Source: an uncultured Chloroflexia bacterium
GTDB lineage: Bacteria; Chloroflexota; Limnocylindria; Limnocylindrales; CSP1-4
Direction: 5' to 3'
Assembly (NCBI GenBank): GCA_963736025.1
Contig: CAVTNH010000007.1
Span: 11,972 to 75,971, forward strand
DNA: 64,000 nt
Of this stretch, positions 36,607 to 48,025 are shown piece after piece (positions within the stretch are counted from its first letter, which is position 1; each line of letters starts with the position of its first letter). Made by a program: the position numbers and the translations under genes. The notes beneath the pieces were generated by a model, which saw nothing but the letters and a program-made list of their open reading frames with translations, searched no databases and was not told the origin of the DNA.

Positions 36607-37545
36607 TCAGTCGAAGATCGACAGCGGGCAGTGGGCCGTGACGATGACGTTCGGCATGTCCACGATCTCGCTGATGCGCAGGTCGACCGCGACGCTGCAC
36701 AGCAGATAGGCGTCGACGGGCGCGATGCCGTGCTCGCGCCCGAGCCAGTCCATCATCCGGCGGATCGCGTCCTGCGCCGCGATCCGGAGGTCGGGCCCGA
36801 CCCCGTCGGTCGCGTAGCGGCGACCGACCGGACGTTCGGCCGCGTCGCCCGGCGCGGTCAGGAACTCGGGCGCCGTGACGTGCAGATCCTTGCGGACCGT
36901 CAGGCGCAGCGTCGCGTGCATCGGGGTCTCGATGGCCGTCCCGCACACCTCGCCGTCGCCCTGGGCCGCGTGCCCGTCGCCGACGCTCAATCGGGCGCCG
37001 GCGTGGAAGACCGGCAGGAACAACGTCGCGCCGGCGGTCAGGTGCCGCGTGTCCATGTTGCCGCCGTGGACGTCGGGCGGGATCGTCGAGCGTGGCCCAT
37101 CGACCGGGGCGACGCCGATCTCGCCACAGAACGGGATGACCGGCACGCGGACCCCCGGCAGGAACTCGGCTCGGCCGCCGACCTCAGGGAGCCGCGTGAT
37201 CCGCAGGACCGGCTCCGGGAAGTCGTCCGCCAGCAGGCCGAAGCCCGGGATCGCCGCCGTCCAGCCCCAATCGGCCGGCCGGAAGTCGATGAGGTCGACC
37301 TGGAGGGTGTCACCCGGTTCGGCGCCCTCGACCGCGATCGGGCCGTTCACCTGGTCGACGCGCGAGAAGTCGAGACGCGCGAGGTCGTCGACCGTCGAAC
37401 CGGCCGTGATCTGCCCGCCGCTGGCATCGAGGCAGTCGAACGTGACGACGCTGCCGGACGCGACGCTGGCGATCGGCGCGATCGCGGGATCCCAGGCCAT
37501 GTGGAAGCGGTCCCGGGTGACGTGGAACGCGGGGGTCGTGGCCAT
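36607..37545 (-). CDS. Acetamidase/formamidase family protein
   Basis: GPIAVEGAEPGD, HGGNMD, GDGHAAQGDGEVCGTAIE. Confidence 0.9.
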   Translation of the reverse strand: MATTPAFHVTRDRFHMAWDPAIAPIASVASGSVVTFDCLDASGGQITAGSTVDDLARLDFSRVDQVNGPIAVEGAEPGDTLQVDLIDFRPADWGWTAAIPGFGLLADDFPEPVLRITRLPEVGGRAEFLPGVRVPVIPFCGEIGVAPVDGPRSTIPPDVHGGNMDTRHLTAGATLFLPVFHAGARLSVGDGHAAQGDGEVCGTAIETPMHATLRLTVRKDLHVTAPEFLTAPGDAAERPVGRRYATDGVGPDLRIAAQDAIRRMMDWLGREHGIAPVDAYLLCSVAVDLRISEIVDMPNVIVTAHCPLSIFD

Positions 37546-37673
37546 CGGCGATCTCCTCCGGGGGAGTGTAGCCAGCCGGCACGCCCACACGCCGTCGTCT
37601 CACGTATCAGGCCTCCGGCGGCCTGTTAGGGTGAGCCGAGGCACGGATCTGGGGGTCGGAAGGAGGCTGGGCC

Positions 37674-38985
37674 GTGGCGACGACGAACGACGAACCCGGA
37701 GTGACCGCGAACCCACGAAGCACCGGGCGGCCGAGGCGGATCCTCTCCGGGATCGCACTGGTGCTCGCCTGCATCTTGATCGTCGTGTCGACGGTCGCGA
37801 TCTGGACGCACCAGGTCGCGCTCAACACGGGCCGGTTCAACAACCTGATCACCGGGGTCGTGGGCGAGCCGGCCGTGACGGACCCCATCGCCGCGCGGAT
37901 CAGCACGCAGGTCGTCGACGCGCTCGGTGTCCAGGCCCGGCTCGAAGCGCGCCTGCCCGACGCGCTCCGGCCGCTCGCGGGCACACTGACGGTCGCCATC
38001 CGGGACAGGATCAACGAGCGGTTGCAGGTCGCCCTCCAGAACCCCCGCATCCAGGAGGCGCTCGTCGGGGCGCTGTCGTTCACCCACGAGCAGGTCGTTC
38101 GACTGCTGCGCGGCGAGTCCGACGTCGTGGCGATCGTGGACGGCTATCTGACGATCAACGTCTTTCCCGTCGTGGGCGCCGCACTGACGGAGCTCCAGGA
38201 CATGGGGCTCATCCCCGCGGATATCCAGTTGCCGGACCTGACCGCCCCGGACGCCCCGGAGGTCCTGGCCGAACGGCTCGAGACGACGCTCGGCGTCACG
38301 CTACCGCCGGACTTCGGGACCATCCAGCTCATGCCCGCCCAGCGGCTGGACACCGCCCGAACACTCGTCCGTGTCTTCGACGTGGTCGTGATCCTCCTCG
38401 TTGCCCTGACGCTGTTCCTCGTGACCGTCGCCCTGTGGCTGGCCCGGGATCGACGCCGGATGCTGATCTACCTCGGCGTCGGCACGTTCATCGCGTTCCT
38501 CGTCGCCCGGCTGGCGATCCGTTCCGTCGAGGACGCGATCCTGGACGGGATCGCCGACAGCGATGTCGCCGGCCTCGCCCGGGCCGTGCTCGACGCGACG
38601 CTTGCCGATCTCCGTGGTGTCACGGTGATCGTCCTGATCGTGGCAGCGATCGTGGCGATCGCGGCGTACGTCCGGGGTCGACCGACGTGGGTCATGAAGA
38701 CTGCATCGTCGGACCGGCGATGCGGCCGGCAGCGCCCCGGATCGCGACACCCTCGAGGCGACCCTCCACGAGAACCGCACCGCGATCGAGCGGTTCGGCA
38801 TCGGGGCCATCGCGTTCATCGTCGCCTGGCTGGCCCTCGGCCTCGAGATCGCGTTGCTCGGCGCCGCGCTGGTGATCGGCTTCGAGGTCGTGCTGCACGC
38901 GCTCGCAGACGACCCCGCGCCGGTCGCAGAGCCGCCCGCTGCGGACCAGGCCGCACCAGGCGGCCAGCCGGCGGGGAGCTCGTAG
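37674..38985 (+). CDS. Hypothetical integral membrane protein, frameshift near 38720
   Basis: N-terminal TM, extracytoplasmic helical region, several C-terminal TMs; GGAGG RBS. Confidence 0.6.
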
Positions 38986-38991
38986 CGGCCG

Positions 38992-40906
38992 TCAGGCCCT
39001 GACCGGGACCTCGAGCTTCTCGATCCGGATGGCCGTCGCCTTGAATTCGGCCGTGCCGGACTTGGGGTCGGTCGCGTCGATCGTCAGCAGGTTGACCGCG
39101 ACATCGTCCTGGAAGTGCATCGTCATGAACGTGAGTCCCGGCCGCAGCGACTCGTCGATCCGGATCGGCGCCTCGACCTGGCCGCGTCGCGACACGACCC
39201 GCACCCGCTCGCCCTCGGCCAGCCCGTACGACGCGGCGTCCTCGGGCGAGATGTCGAGCGATTCGCCGCGACGCAGCGGCGAGGTGTAGCCGGCGGTCTG
39301 CACGCCCGTGTTGTACGAGTCGAGGCGCCGGCCGGTCGTGAGGCGGATCGGGAAGTCGGCGTCGAGCTTGTCGACCGGCGGGTCGTGGTCGACCGGCACG
39401 AACGGCACGCGGTTGCCCGGGACCGGGTCCTCCCACAAGCCGCGAGTGCAGGAACAGCTCGCCCGGGTGGGTCTCGTCCCAGCACGGCCATTGGAGGCCG
39501 CCCAGCTCCTCCAGGCGCGTGTAGCTCATCCCGGCATGGACCGGCGAGAGGCGGCGGACCTCGTCCCACACGCGCTCCGGGTCTGCCTCGCCCCACTCGG
39601 CGCCCATCCGGTTCGCGAGCTCGAAGACGATCGCGAGGTCGTCCCGGGCGCCCGGTGGCGGCGCGACGGCCGCCCGCACGCGCTGGACCCGCCGCTCCGA
39701 GTTGGTGACCGTGCCCTCCGCCTCGGCCCATGCGGCCGTGGCCGGGAGGACGACGTCCGCGAGCTCCGCGGTCTTCGTCAGGAACAGGTCCTGGACGACG
39801 AGGAAGTCGAGGCCCTCGAGCAGCCCGATGGCCCGCTTCTGGTCCGCCTCGGACTGGACCGGGTTCTCGCCGATGCAGTAGACCGCGGTCAGGTCGCCGC
39901 GCTCCATGGCGTCGAACATGCCCGACAGGTGCCAGCCGCGCTTCGGCGGGACCGGCACGCCCCACTCGGCGTCGAACTTCGCGCGCAGCGCGTCGTTCTC
40001 GACGTGCTGGAAGCCGGGCAGGCGGTCCGGCAGCGCGCCCATGTCGCCGCCGCCCTGGACGTTGTTCTGGCCACGGAGCGGGTTGACGCCGCTCCCGTAC
40101 CGGCCGACGTGGCCGGTGAGCAGCACGAGCGAGATGAGGGCGAGGACGTTGTCGACGGCGTTGTGGTGCTCGGTGATGCCGAGCGTCCAGCAGATCATCG
40201 CGCGCGGCGCCGTCGCGAGGGCGTGGGCCAGTTCGCGGATGGCCTCGGCCGGGACGCCCGTCTCGCGCTCGGCGTATTCGAGCGTGTACGACTCGACCTT
40301 GGCCTTGTAGGCCTCGAAGCCGTCGGTCGCGCGGTCGATGAACTCGCGATGCTCGAGGCCGGCCGCGATGATCTCGCGCGCGATCGCGTTGGCCAGGGCG
40401 ATGTCCGACCCGACGTCGAGGCCCAGCCAGGCGTCGGCCCATTCCGCCGACGAGGTCCGGCGCGGGTCGACCGCATAGAGGCGCGCGCCATTGCGGACGC
40501 CCTTGAGCAGGTGGTGGAAGAAGATCGGATGCGTCTCGCGGGCGTTGCTGCCCCACAGGACGATCAGGTCCGTCTCTTCGACCTCACGGTATGAACTTGT
40601 GCCGCCACCGGCACCGAACACGGTCGCCAGACCGGCGACGCTCGGGGCGTGTCAGGTGCGGTTGCAGCTGTCGATGTTGTTGCTGCCCAGGACCGTCCGG
40701 CTGAACTTCTGTGCCGCGAAGTTGACCTCGTTGGTCGCCTTCGAACAGCTGAAGGTGCCGAATGTCGTCGGGCCATGCGCGGCCTTCGCCGCCATGAACC
40801 CGGCAACGGTCCGGTCGAGCGCCTCGTCCCAGGTCGCGGGACGCAGCTCGCCGCCCTTCGTGTCGCGGACGAGGGGCTGGGTCAGTCGAACGTAGGGTTT
40901 CGCCAC
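38992..40906 (-). CDS. Selenocysteine-containing formate dehydrogenase molybdo-subunit (UGA at 40654-40652; frameshift near 39440)
   Basis: SNNIDSCNRT-TGA-HAPSVAGL stays in frame and matches the FdhF CARV-U-HGPSV site; PLRGQNNVQG; DVVLPA; LTTGR; AEFKATA. Confidence 0.92.
40623..40639 (-). promoter_or_regulatory. Bacterial SECIS hairpin
   Basis: 12 nt after the UGA: GUCGCC-GGUCU-GGCGAC, loop similar to fdhF SECIS. Confidence 0.8.
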
Positions 40907-40971
40907 GGGTGGCCTCCTGCGGACAGACGACCACCCGAGTGTAGCGCCGGGGCCGGCCGTAGCATGGAGCG

Positions 40972-42015
40972 ATGTCCGCGGCCGAGATCCCGATCGAGTC
41001 GTCTGCCCTGCCCGCGCCGCCTCCCGCCCGCGACTGGCGGCCGCTGGTCGGCCTGTTCCTCCTGGTCGACGCCGCCTTCGTCGTGATCAACGGCGTCTGG
41101 TTCGCCGAGTACCTGCGGGACCACGGCCCCCCGATCTCGCCGGAGGCGAGCGAGCTGACCTGGATCGCGATGACGACCATCGTCCTCGGGCTCATCGTCG
41201 CGACGCCCGCGTTCGCGCTCATCAGTCGTCTGGCCCGCGGCACCGACGTGCCACTCGGGGCGGCCGTCTCCGCGGTCTTGCTCGGGGTTCTCGCCTTCCT
41301 GGCGGCCGCCCAGGTCAACGACTGGATCGTGCTGACCCTGGGCATCGTGCCCGGACCGGCGCCTGACGGCAGCATCGATGTCTTCGCCCTCATCGTCGCG
41401 CCGCTCGTCGAGGAACCGGCCAAGCTTCTCGCGCTGTTCGCCATGGCCTTCCTGCTTCGTCCGCGGTTCGGGGTCCGACAGGGGATCGTCCTTGGCCTGC
41501 TGGTCGGGATCGGCGCCACGCTCATCGAGACGGGGGCGTATCTGCAGGTCGGGTATGCGAATGGCGGCGGCGCCACCTACGGGACGATCATCGCGCTCCG
41601 GTTCGGTCTGTTCGGTCTCGGGCTCCACGCGACGACGGCAGCGCTCATGGGTGCCGGCCTTGGATCGACCCTGTCCGTCGGGCCTGGACGGCGCCGTATC
41701 GGTGTCGTGCTTCTCGCGCTGGCTGGAGCCGTCGCGATACACGTCGTCTGGAACCTCTGGGCGTCGCGGCTCACCTTCGAACTGGTCACTGCATGGACGC
41801 CCGAGCCCGACTTCACGTGGTCCGAGCCGTTTGCCCACCACGTGATCTTTGTGGGGTCGTCGGTCGTCACGGCCGTGCTGTTGCTGCCCGCAGCCATCGC
41901 TCTGGCGGTCGCGTGGCGACGGACGAAGTCGCAAGTCGCCGAGCCGGTCGTGAAGCCCGAGCCCGAGCCCGGGACCGAGACTGCGACGGAGGCCGAACCC
42001 GAGCCGATCGCCTAG
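40972..42015 (+). CDS. PrsW-family intramembrane metalloprotease
   Basis: APLVEEPAK, LIE, GLHATT, IHVVWN; multi-TM. Confidence 0.8.
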   Translation: MSAAEIPIESSALPAPPPARDWRPLVGLFLLVDAAFVVINGVWFAEYLRDHGPPISPEASELTWIAMTTIVLGLIVATPAFALISRLARGTDVPLGAAVSAVLLGVLAFLAAAQVNDWIVLTLGIVPGPAPDGSIDVFALIVAPLVEEPAKLLALFAMAFLLRPRFGVRQGIVLGLLVGIGATLIETGAYLQVGYANGGGATYGTIIALRFGLFGLGLHATTAALMGAGLGSTLSVGPGRRRIGVVLLALAGAVAIHVVWNLWASRLTFELVTAWTPEPDFTWSEPFAHHVIFVGSSVVTAVLLLPAAIALAVAWRRTKSQVAEPVVKPEPEPGTETATEAEPEPIA

Positions 42016-42737
42016 GCGGGCGACCAGCCAGCGCGGACGAGGCGGACGGCCTCTGCGATGCCGCCACTGAACGGCTCACCGTGGCCGGCCAGGACCAGCG
42101 AGGCCTCGACGTCGTCGAAGCGCCGCAGCGACTCGAACGCCTGGCGGTTGTCGGCGTTGAAGTTCCGGAAGAGCTGTGGCCCCCTCGAACCGGACATGAC
42201 GTTGAGCGTCACGAACGCGTCGCCGACCAGGATCGCGTCGCGATCCGGCAGGTGGAGCGCCGCGCTGCCCGCGGTGTGACCTGGGACGTGGATCACGCGC
42301 GGCGACCCGGGGACGTCCAGGGTCGCGCCGTCCCCGAACGTCGAGACCTCCGTGACGTGCTTGAGCCCGATGAAGCCCTTGCGGAGTCCGAACAGGAGGA
42401 ATGACATGGCCGGGACGAGCCTCGTCTTGCCGCCGCCCTCGTTGTGCTGCTTGACCTCGCCGCGGGCGAGCGCCGCATCGCCCTCGTGGACCCGGATCGG
42501 GACACCTCGCTCCCGTCGGATGCGCTCGGCGAACCCGATGTGGTCTGTGTGGGCGTGGGTGAGCAGGACGGCCCTGACGTCGTCGAGCGAACGGCCCATC
42601 GCGGTCAGCTCGGCCTCGAGGTCGCCGAAGTAGCCGGGCAGGCCGGCGTCGACGATGGTGATCGCCCCGGCCTCCTCGATGAGGTAGACGTTGATCTTGC
42701 CCGAGCCCAGCCGGCGGATCCCCGGGGCGATCTCCAT
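42012..42737 (-). CDS. MBL-fold metallo-hydrolase
   Basis: VDAG, THAHTDHIG, PGHTAGS, GDA, GHG. Confidence 0.88.
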   Translation of the reverse strand: MEIAPGIRRLGSGKINVYLIEEAGAITIVDAGLPGYFGDLEAELTAMGRSLDDVRAVLLTHAHTDHIGFAERIRRERGVPIRVHEGDAALARGEVKQHNEGGGKTRLVPAMSFLLFGLRKGFIGLKHVTEVSTFGDGATLDVPGSPRVIHVPGHTAGSAALHLPDRDAILVGDAFVTLNVMSGSRGPQLFRNFNADNRQAFESLRRFDDVEASLVLAGHGEPFSGGIAEAVRLVRAGWSPA

Positions 42738-42751
42738 CGGGGCGGTCCCGC

Positions 42752-43820
42752 CTAGGCCAGGACGACGGCCGGTTCGCCGGCTTCGACCCGGCCCACCCAC
42801 CAGCGCTCGACGCCCGCCGTCCGCGAGGGCCGAATCGACGGTCTCGACCTGGTCCGCCGACACCGCGGCCAGCAGCCCGCCCGAGGTCTGGGGGTCGTGG
42901 GCGAGCGTCACGAACTCGGGGGACACGCCCTCCGCGACGGTCAGTGACGGTCGCACGAACCGACGGTTGTGCGCGGCGCCGCCGGTCTCGACGCCGGCCG
43001 CGGCCAGGTCGAGCGCCCCATCAAGGACGGGCAGGCCGGCGGCCTCGAACACGAAGCGCGTCCCGGAGCCACGGGCCATCTCGAGGCCGTGCCCGAGGAG
43101 TCCGAAGCCGGTGACGTCTGTCGCGGCGGCGATCCCGGCCCCGACGAGGACTTCCGACGCGGTCCGGTTCAGTCGACGCATCTGGTCGATCGCGGCGGCA
43201 AGATGCGCCGGCGCGGTCTTGCCCTGCCGCGAGCCCGACACCAGGACCCCGGTCCCGAGCCGCTTCGTCAGGACGAGCCGGTCGCCCGGCCGGGCGCCGC
43301 CCTTGCGCAGGAGCCGGTCCGGATGGGCGGCGCCGATGACCGCGAGGCCGTACTTGGGCTCCGGGTCGCGGATCGTGTGGCCGCCGGCGAGCGTGCCGCC
43401 CGCCTCACGGACCTTCGACGAGGCCCCGCCGAAGATCTCGGCGAGGACGTCGCGTGGCAGGTCCTCCGGGAACGCCGCGATCGAGAGCGCGAACAGGACG
43501 CGTCCGCCCATCGCGAAGACGTCCGAGAGGGCGTTGGCGGCGGCGATCTCGCCGAACGTCCGCGGGTCGTCGACGAGCGGCGGGAAGAAGTCGAGGGTGC
43601 CGATGATCGCGAGGTCGTCGCTGACGCGATACGCCGCCGCGTCGTCGGGCGGGTTCAGACCGGCGATCAGGGCGGCATCGGGGTCGGCCGCAGCCTCTGC
43701 GCCCAGACCGCTCAACGCGTCGGCGAGCAGGTCCGCGCCGAGCTTCGCGGCGCACCCGCCGCAGTCGGTGAGGTCGGTCAGGCGAAGCGGGTTCGGCGGC
43801 AGGGTGTCGAGCGTCGTCAT
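42752..43820 (-). CDS. selD: Selenide, water dikinase SelD (Cys form), frameshift near 42820
   Basis: CGGCAAK, DDAAAY, DFFPP, AANALSDVFAMGG, TDVTGFGLLGH, DPQTSGGLL. Confidence 0.93.
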
Positions 43821-43894
43821 CGACCGATGATAGGCGTGTCGTGACGGAGGCGACAGGCAGCGGTCCGTAGTCCGCGGCGCGCTACCATCGCCGC

Positions 43895-43991
43895 GGGAGC
43901 GGTCGGGTCCCGGTGGGTCCCCTGGTCTTCAAAACCAGTGGCGCGGCGCTCGGCGCGGCGCGGTGGGTTCGACTCCCACGCGTTCCCGCCA
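43895..43991 (+). tRNA. selC: tRNA-Sec (anticodon UCA)
   Basis: 6-bp D stem with CGGU loop, CTGGT-CTTCAAA-ACCAG, long variable arm, GTGGG-TTCGACT-CCCAC, 3' GCCA. Confidence 0.95.
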
Positions 43992-44001
43992 CGGAGGCCC
44001 G

Positions 44002-45321
44002 ATGACGTCCAAGCCGACCGATCGCCCGCGACCACCGAGTGTCGATGCGGTCGTCAACGCCGCCCGCTACGTGGTCGACTCCGAGCGGGCTCGGCTGGCC
44101 GCCGACGAGCACCCACGCTCGACCGATGAACTGGGTCGCGAGGTCATCGCGCGGCTCGAGTCGTTCGAGGACGCTGGGCCGATCCCCGTCATCAACGCGA
44201 CCGGCGTGATCGTCCACACGAACCTCGGTCGAGCGCCGTGGGCAGTGACGGTCGGGCAGGCGGCCGCCGACCTGGCGGGTCGATACCTGCTCCTCGAGCT
44301 GGACCGGGAGACCGGCCGACGCGGCTCGCGCGTTCGGACCGCGGAGGAGCACCTCGTCGCGCTGACCGGCGCCGAGGATGCGTTCGTGACGAACAACAAT
44401 GCCGCCGCGCTCGCCCTCGCAGTCGGCCTCGCCGGCCGGTCCGGGATCGTCGTCTCGCGCGGTGAGCTCGTCGAGATCGGTGGTGGCGTGCGGATACCCG
44501 AGATCATCCGGCGCGCCGGCGCGAAGCTGATCGAGGTCGGCACCACGAACCGGACGCGGGCAGCGGACTTCGAGGCACCGCTCGCCGAGGGTCGCGCGAA
44601 GGCCGTCCTGCGCGTCCATCCCTCGAATTTCACGATGAGCGGCTTCACGGAAGTGCCCGATCCGATCGAGGTCGCCGCCATCGCCCATCGCCACGGCGCG
44701 ATCGTCATCGACGACCTGGGCTCAGGGGCGCTGCTCGACACGGCGGCCTTCGGCCTCGCCCACGAACCGCTCCCCGGGGAACGCCTGGCGGCCGGCTCGG
44801 ACGTCGTGACGTTCAGCGGCGACAAGCTGGTCGGTGGGCCGCAGGCGGGACTGGTCGTCGGGCGGGCCGACCTGATCGCGCGGATGCGACGCGACCCGCT
44901 GGCCCGGGCGATGCGCCCCGACAAGACCACCCTCGCGGCCGTCGCGCTCACGCTCGGCCTGTACCGCTCCGGTCGGGCCGTCGAGGCGATCCCGGTCTGG
45001 CGGATGATCGCGATGTCGCCGGCTGCGCTCAAGGTCCGAGCCGAGGCACTTGCATCGACGATCGGGGCTCGCGCCACGGTGGTCGGACTTGCGTCGACGA
45101 TCGGGGGCGGGTCGCTGCCCGGCGAGATCCTGCCGTCGTTCGGGCTGGACCTGAAGGCAACCTCGGCGAACGGCCTTCTCGCGGCGCTCCGACAGGGGAA
45201 GCCGGCGGTGATCGGGCGGATAGAGGAAGGGCGGGTGGTCCTCGACCTGCGGACCGTCGAGCCCGAAGCGGACGAAGCGCTCGGGACGGCGGTAGCCCAG
45301 GCTCTCGCCGGACGGGCATGA
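44002..45321 (+). CDS. selA: L-seryl-tRNA(Sec) selenium transferase
   Basis: VINATGVIVHTNLGRAP, SRGELVEIGG, EVGTTNRT, FSGDKL. Confidence 0.95.
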   Translation: MTSKPTDRPRPPSVDAVVNAARYVVDSERARLAADEHPRSTDELGREVIARLESFEDAGPIPVINATGVIVHTNLGRAPWAVTVGQAAADLAGRYLLLELDRETGRRGSRVRTAEEHLVALTGAEDAFVTNNNAAALALAVGLAGRSGIVVSRGELVEIGGGVRIPEIIRRAGAKLIEVGTTNRTRAADFEAPLAEGRAKAVLRVHPSNFTMSGFTEVPDPIEVAAIAHRHGAIVIDDLGSGALLDTAAFGLAHEPLPGERLAAGSDVVTFSGDKLVGGPQAGLVVGRADLIARMRRDPLARAMRPDKTTLAAVALTLGLYRSGRAVEAIPVWRMIAMSPAALKVRAEALASTIGARATVVGLASTIGGGSLPGEILPSFGLDLKATSANGLLAALRQGKPAVIGRIEEGRVVLDLRTVEPEADEALGTAVAQALAGRA

Positions 45322-47148
45322 CCGTCGTCATCGGCACGGCCGGGCACATCGACCACGGCAAGACGACGTTGCTCCGGGCGCTGACCGGCATCGATGCCGA
45401 CCGCCTGCCCGAGGAACGACGACGCGGGATGACGATCGACGTCGGGTACGCGCACCTCGCGCTCGATGACGGCACCGAGCTCGACTTCGTGGACGTTCCG
45501 GGCCACGACAAGCTCGTCGGGAACATGCTCGTAGGCGCCGGCGAGATCGACGCCGCGCTGGTGGTCGTCGCCGCCGACGACGGCCCGCGCGCCCAGACGC
45601 TCGAGCATCTGGCGCTGCTGGACGCACTCGGGATCCGCGATGGCGTCGCGGTCGTGACCAAGACCGACGCCGTGGATCCCGGTCGCGTCGCCGCGGTCGT
45701 CGAGGACGTGCGCCGGATGCTCGGCCCGACGACGCTCGCCGCCGCGCCGGTCCTGCCCGTCTCCGGCGCCACGGGCGATGGCGTCGACGCCCTGCGCGCG
45801 GCGCTCATCGGCGTCCGCGACGCGGTCCTGGCCCGGTCCGCCGGGCGATCCGTCGGTCCACCGAGGCTCGCGATCGACCGGGTCTTCTCGGTCAAGGGCC
45901 GCGGGATCGTGGTGACCGGCACGCTCCGTGGCGGTCGGCTGGAGCGGGGCGCGTCGCTGCGGGCCGTCCCGGGCGATCACCATGCGCGCGTCCGCGAGCT
46001 GCAGGTGCACGGGGTGGCCGTGTCGACAGCCGGACCCGGCCGGACGGCACTGAACCTGGCGGGCATCGACGAGGCGTCACTGCATCGCGGGGTCGTGCTG
46101 ACGGCGGACCCCGATGTCGCTGCCAGTTCGCGCCTGCTCGTCCGCCTCGCACGCCCGTTGCCCGACCGGACGAGGGCCCGCGTCCATCTGGGCACGGCCG
46201 CAGTCGACGCCGCTGTCGGGCGTGGCGGGCGCGATGCCATCGACCTGCCCGACGGGTCGGCCACGGCGATCCTGCGGCTGGCCGAGCCGATCGCGGTCGC
46301 CCCAGGGGACAGGTTCGTGCTGCGCCGCTCGGGTGGTCCCGATCCGATCGTCGGCGGCGCGGTGCTGGACATCGAACCGCCGCGCGCGATCTCGCGCCGC
46401 CGCCAGACCGTCGAACGGATGGGCCGACTGGCCGAGGCGGTCGCGTCGGGCGACAGCGCGGCGGCCCGGTCCGCGCGGCTCGACCTGCACGGAGCGACCG
46501 TCGCCGATGGCGCGGTCGCGCTCGCGGCCGACGTGACCGACGCCGCCGAGGCCACCGCTCTCGCGTCCGTGACGGACGCGCCGGGGTCGGAGGCGTCGCT
46601 CGCGGTCGTCCGGACCGCCGTCGCGCGGACGATCCGGCGCGCGGCCGCCGTGCGTCGGGAGGATGCCGCCGCCGGCGCGACGGCCGTCACTCGATGCGCT
46701 GGTCCGTGCCGGTCGCCTGGTCCGTGCCGGCGACCGCCTGCGACTCCCCGGCGCCGCGGTCGCCGCGCCGGACCCGGCCCTGCTGGCGGCGATGGACCGG
46801 CTCGAGCGATCACTCGCGGTCCCGACACCGCCATCGCTCGCCGCGGCCGCCAGGTCTGCGGCCTGCCCGCCGGCCGGAGTCCAGGCACTCGAGCGCAGCG
46901 GTCGGATCGTCGTGCTCGAGCCGGACCTGGCCTATGCGAGCTCGACCTACCGGGAGCTCGCTACGCGCGCGACCGCGATGGCCGGCACCGCCCCGCTCAC
47001 GCCGGCCGCCTATCGCGACGCGACCGGCACGAGCCGCAAGTTCGTGATGGCGATCCTCGAGGACCTCGACCGCCGCGGGATCCTGCGCCGGACGGATGCC
47101 GGCCACGTGCCGGGTCCGCGGGCAGCCACGGGTCTCGGCTCGCGATGA
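45318..47148 (+). CDS. selB: Sec-specific elongation factor SelB, frameshift near 46690
   Basis: GTAGHIDHGKT, EERRRGMTID, DVPGH; C-terminal WH motif GTSRKFVMAILEDLD. Confidence 0.93.
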
Positions 47149-47732
47149 CCGCCACGGAGACGGTCGCCGTGATCGTCCTGGCCGGCGGTCGCTCGTCGCG
47201 GTTCGGCCGGGACAAGCTCGCCGAACCCGTCGATGGCCGTCCGTTGCTCGACCACGCGATCGATGCCGCCCGACGCGTGACGACCGATGTCCTCGTCGTC
47301 GTCGCGCCGGGGCCCGCGCCAGCGGTCCCGGCCGGTGTTCAGGTCGTGCACGACGCGCAGGCGTACGAGGGCCCGCTCGCCGGGGTGGCGGCCGGTCTGG
47401 CGGCGACACGCGCCGACATCGTCGTCGTGGTGGCCGGCGACATGCCGGCGATCGTGCCGGGTGTCCTCGCGCGGCTGGTCGCGGCGATGACGGCGGCCGG
47501 CGCGGACGCCGCGGTGCTCGAGGTCGGCGACGATCGGCCGCCCATCCCGATGGCGGTTCGACGGTCAGCGGCGGTGGCCCTGGCCGCGGCCCTGCTGGCC
47601 GACGGTCAGCGACGGCTCCGGGCACTGCCCGACGGGCTCCACGCGGCGACCGTCCCGGAACGGGAGTGGCGCACGGACGACCCCGGTGGTGCGTCGCTCC
47701 TCGACGTCAACACGCCGTCGGACCTTCCGTGA
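47145..47732 (+). CDS. mobA: Molybdenum cofactor guanylyltransferase
   Basis: LAGGRSSRFGRDK, GPLAG, AGDMP, DVNTP. Confidence 0.88.
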   Translation: MTATETVAVIVLAGGRSSRFGRDKLAEPVDGRPLLDHAIDAARRVTTDVLVVVAPGPAPAVPAGVQVVHDAQAYEGPLAGVAAGLAATRADIVVVVAGDMPAIVPGVLARLVAAMTAAGADAAVLEVGDDRPPIPMAVRRSAAVALAAALLADGQRRLRALPDGLHAATVPEREWRTDDPGGASLLDVNTPSDLP

Positions 47733-47751
47733 TCGGTCCCGGACACACGAA

Positions 47752-47776
47752 GACCTCCGCCGGAGGGTCGGAGGTC
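47752..47776. terminator. Hairpin between convergent mobA and small gene
   Basis: GACCTCCG...CGGAGGTC, extendable by CACGAA/TTCGTG. Confidence 0.65.
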
Positions 47777-47818
47777 GTTCGTGCGTTGGGAGGGAGGAGG
47801 CGGGGTGATGGGAGGAGA

Positions 47819-48025
47819 TCAGCCCCGGTATGGGTAGTCTTCGAGCTTCGGGAGGACCTGCGTCGGCACGATCGCGTTGGCGACGCTGACTCGAAGGCTC
47901 TCGACCGACTTGCCGATCCGCTGGAAGAAGCTGGGCTTCCCGGCGTTGATGGCGCGGTTGTGAGCGGCTTCGTCGAGCAGGTACTCGAGGTGCTCGTTGA
48001 CTGCGAAGATCGCGTAGGCGTTCAC
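47819..48025 (-). CDS. Small hypothetical protein (68 aa)
   Basis: AAAGGAGAGG RBS before GTG 48025; MNAYAIFAVNEHLEYLLDEA...; followed by terminator. Confidence 0.65.
   Translation of the reverse strand: MNAYAIFAVNEHLEYLLDEAAHNRAINAGKPSFFQRIGKSVESLRVSVANAIVPTQVLPKLEDYPYRG

Noticed and set aside
42012-43820. Apparent SelD-MBL fusion (602 aa ORF)
   Set aside because: An indel near 42820 bypasses the SelD stop at 42752, and the MBL gene has its own ATG at 42737.
43895-43991. Non-canonical tRNA-Sec acceptor stem (G-G at the eighth pair)
   Set aside because: The layout otherwise matches the standard 8/5 bacterial tRNA-Sec, and one mismatch in error-prone sequence is not enough evidence.
45318-47732. 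Apparent SelB-MobA fusion (804 aa ORF)
   Set aside because: The SelB C-terminal domain lies in another frame ending at 47148, with an ATGA overlap to mobA.
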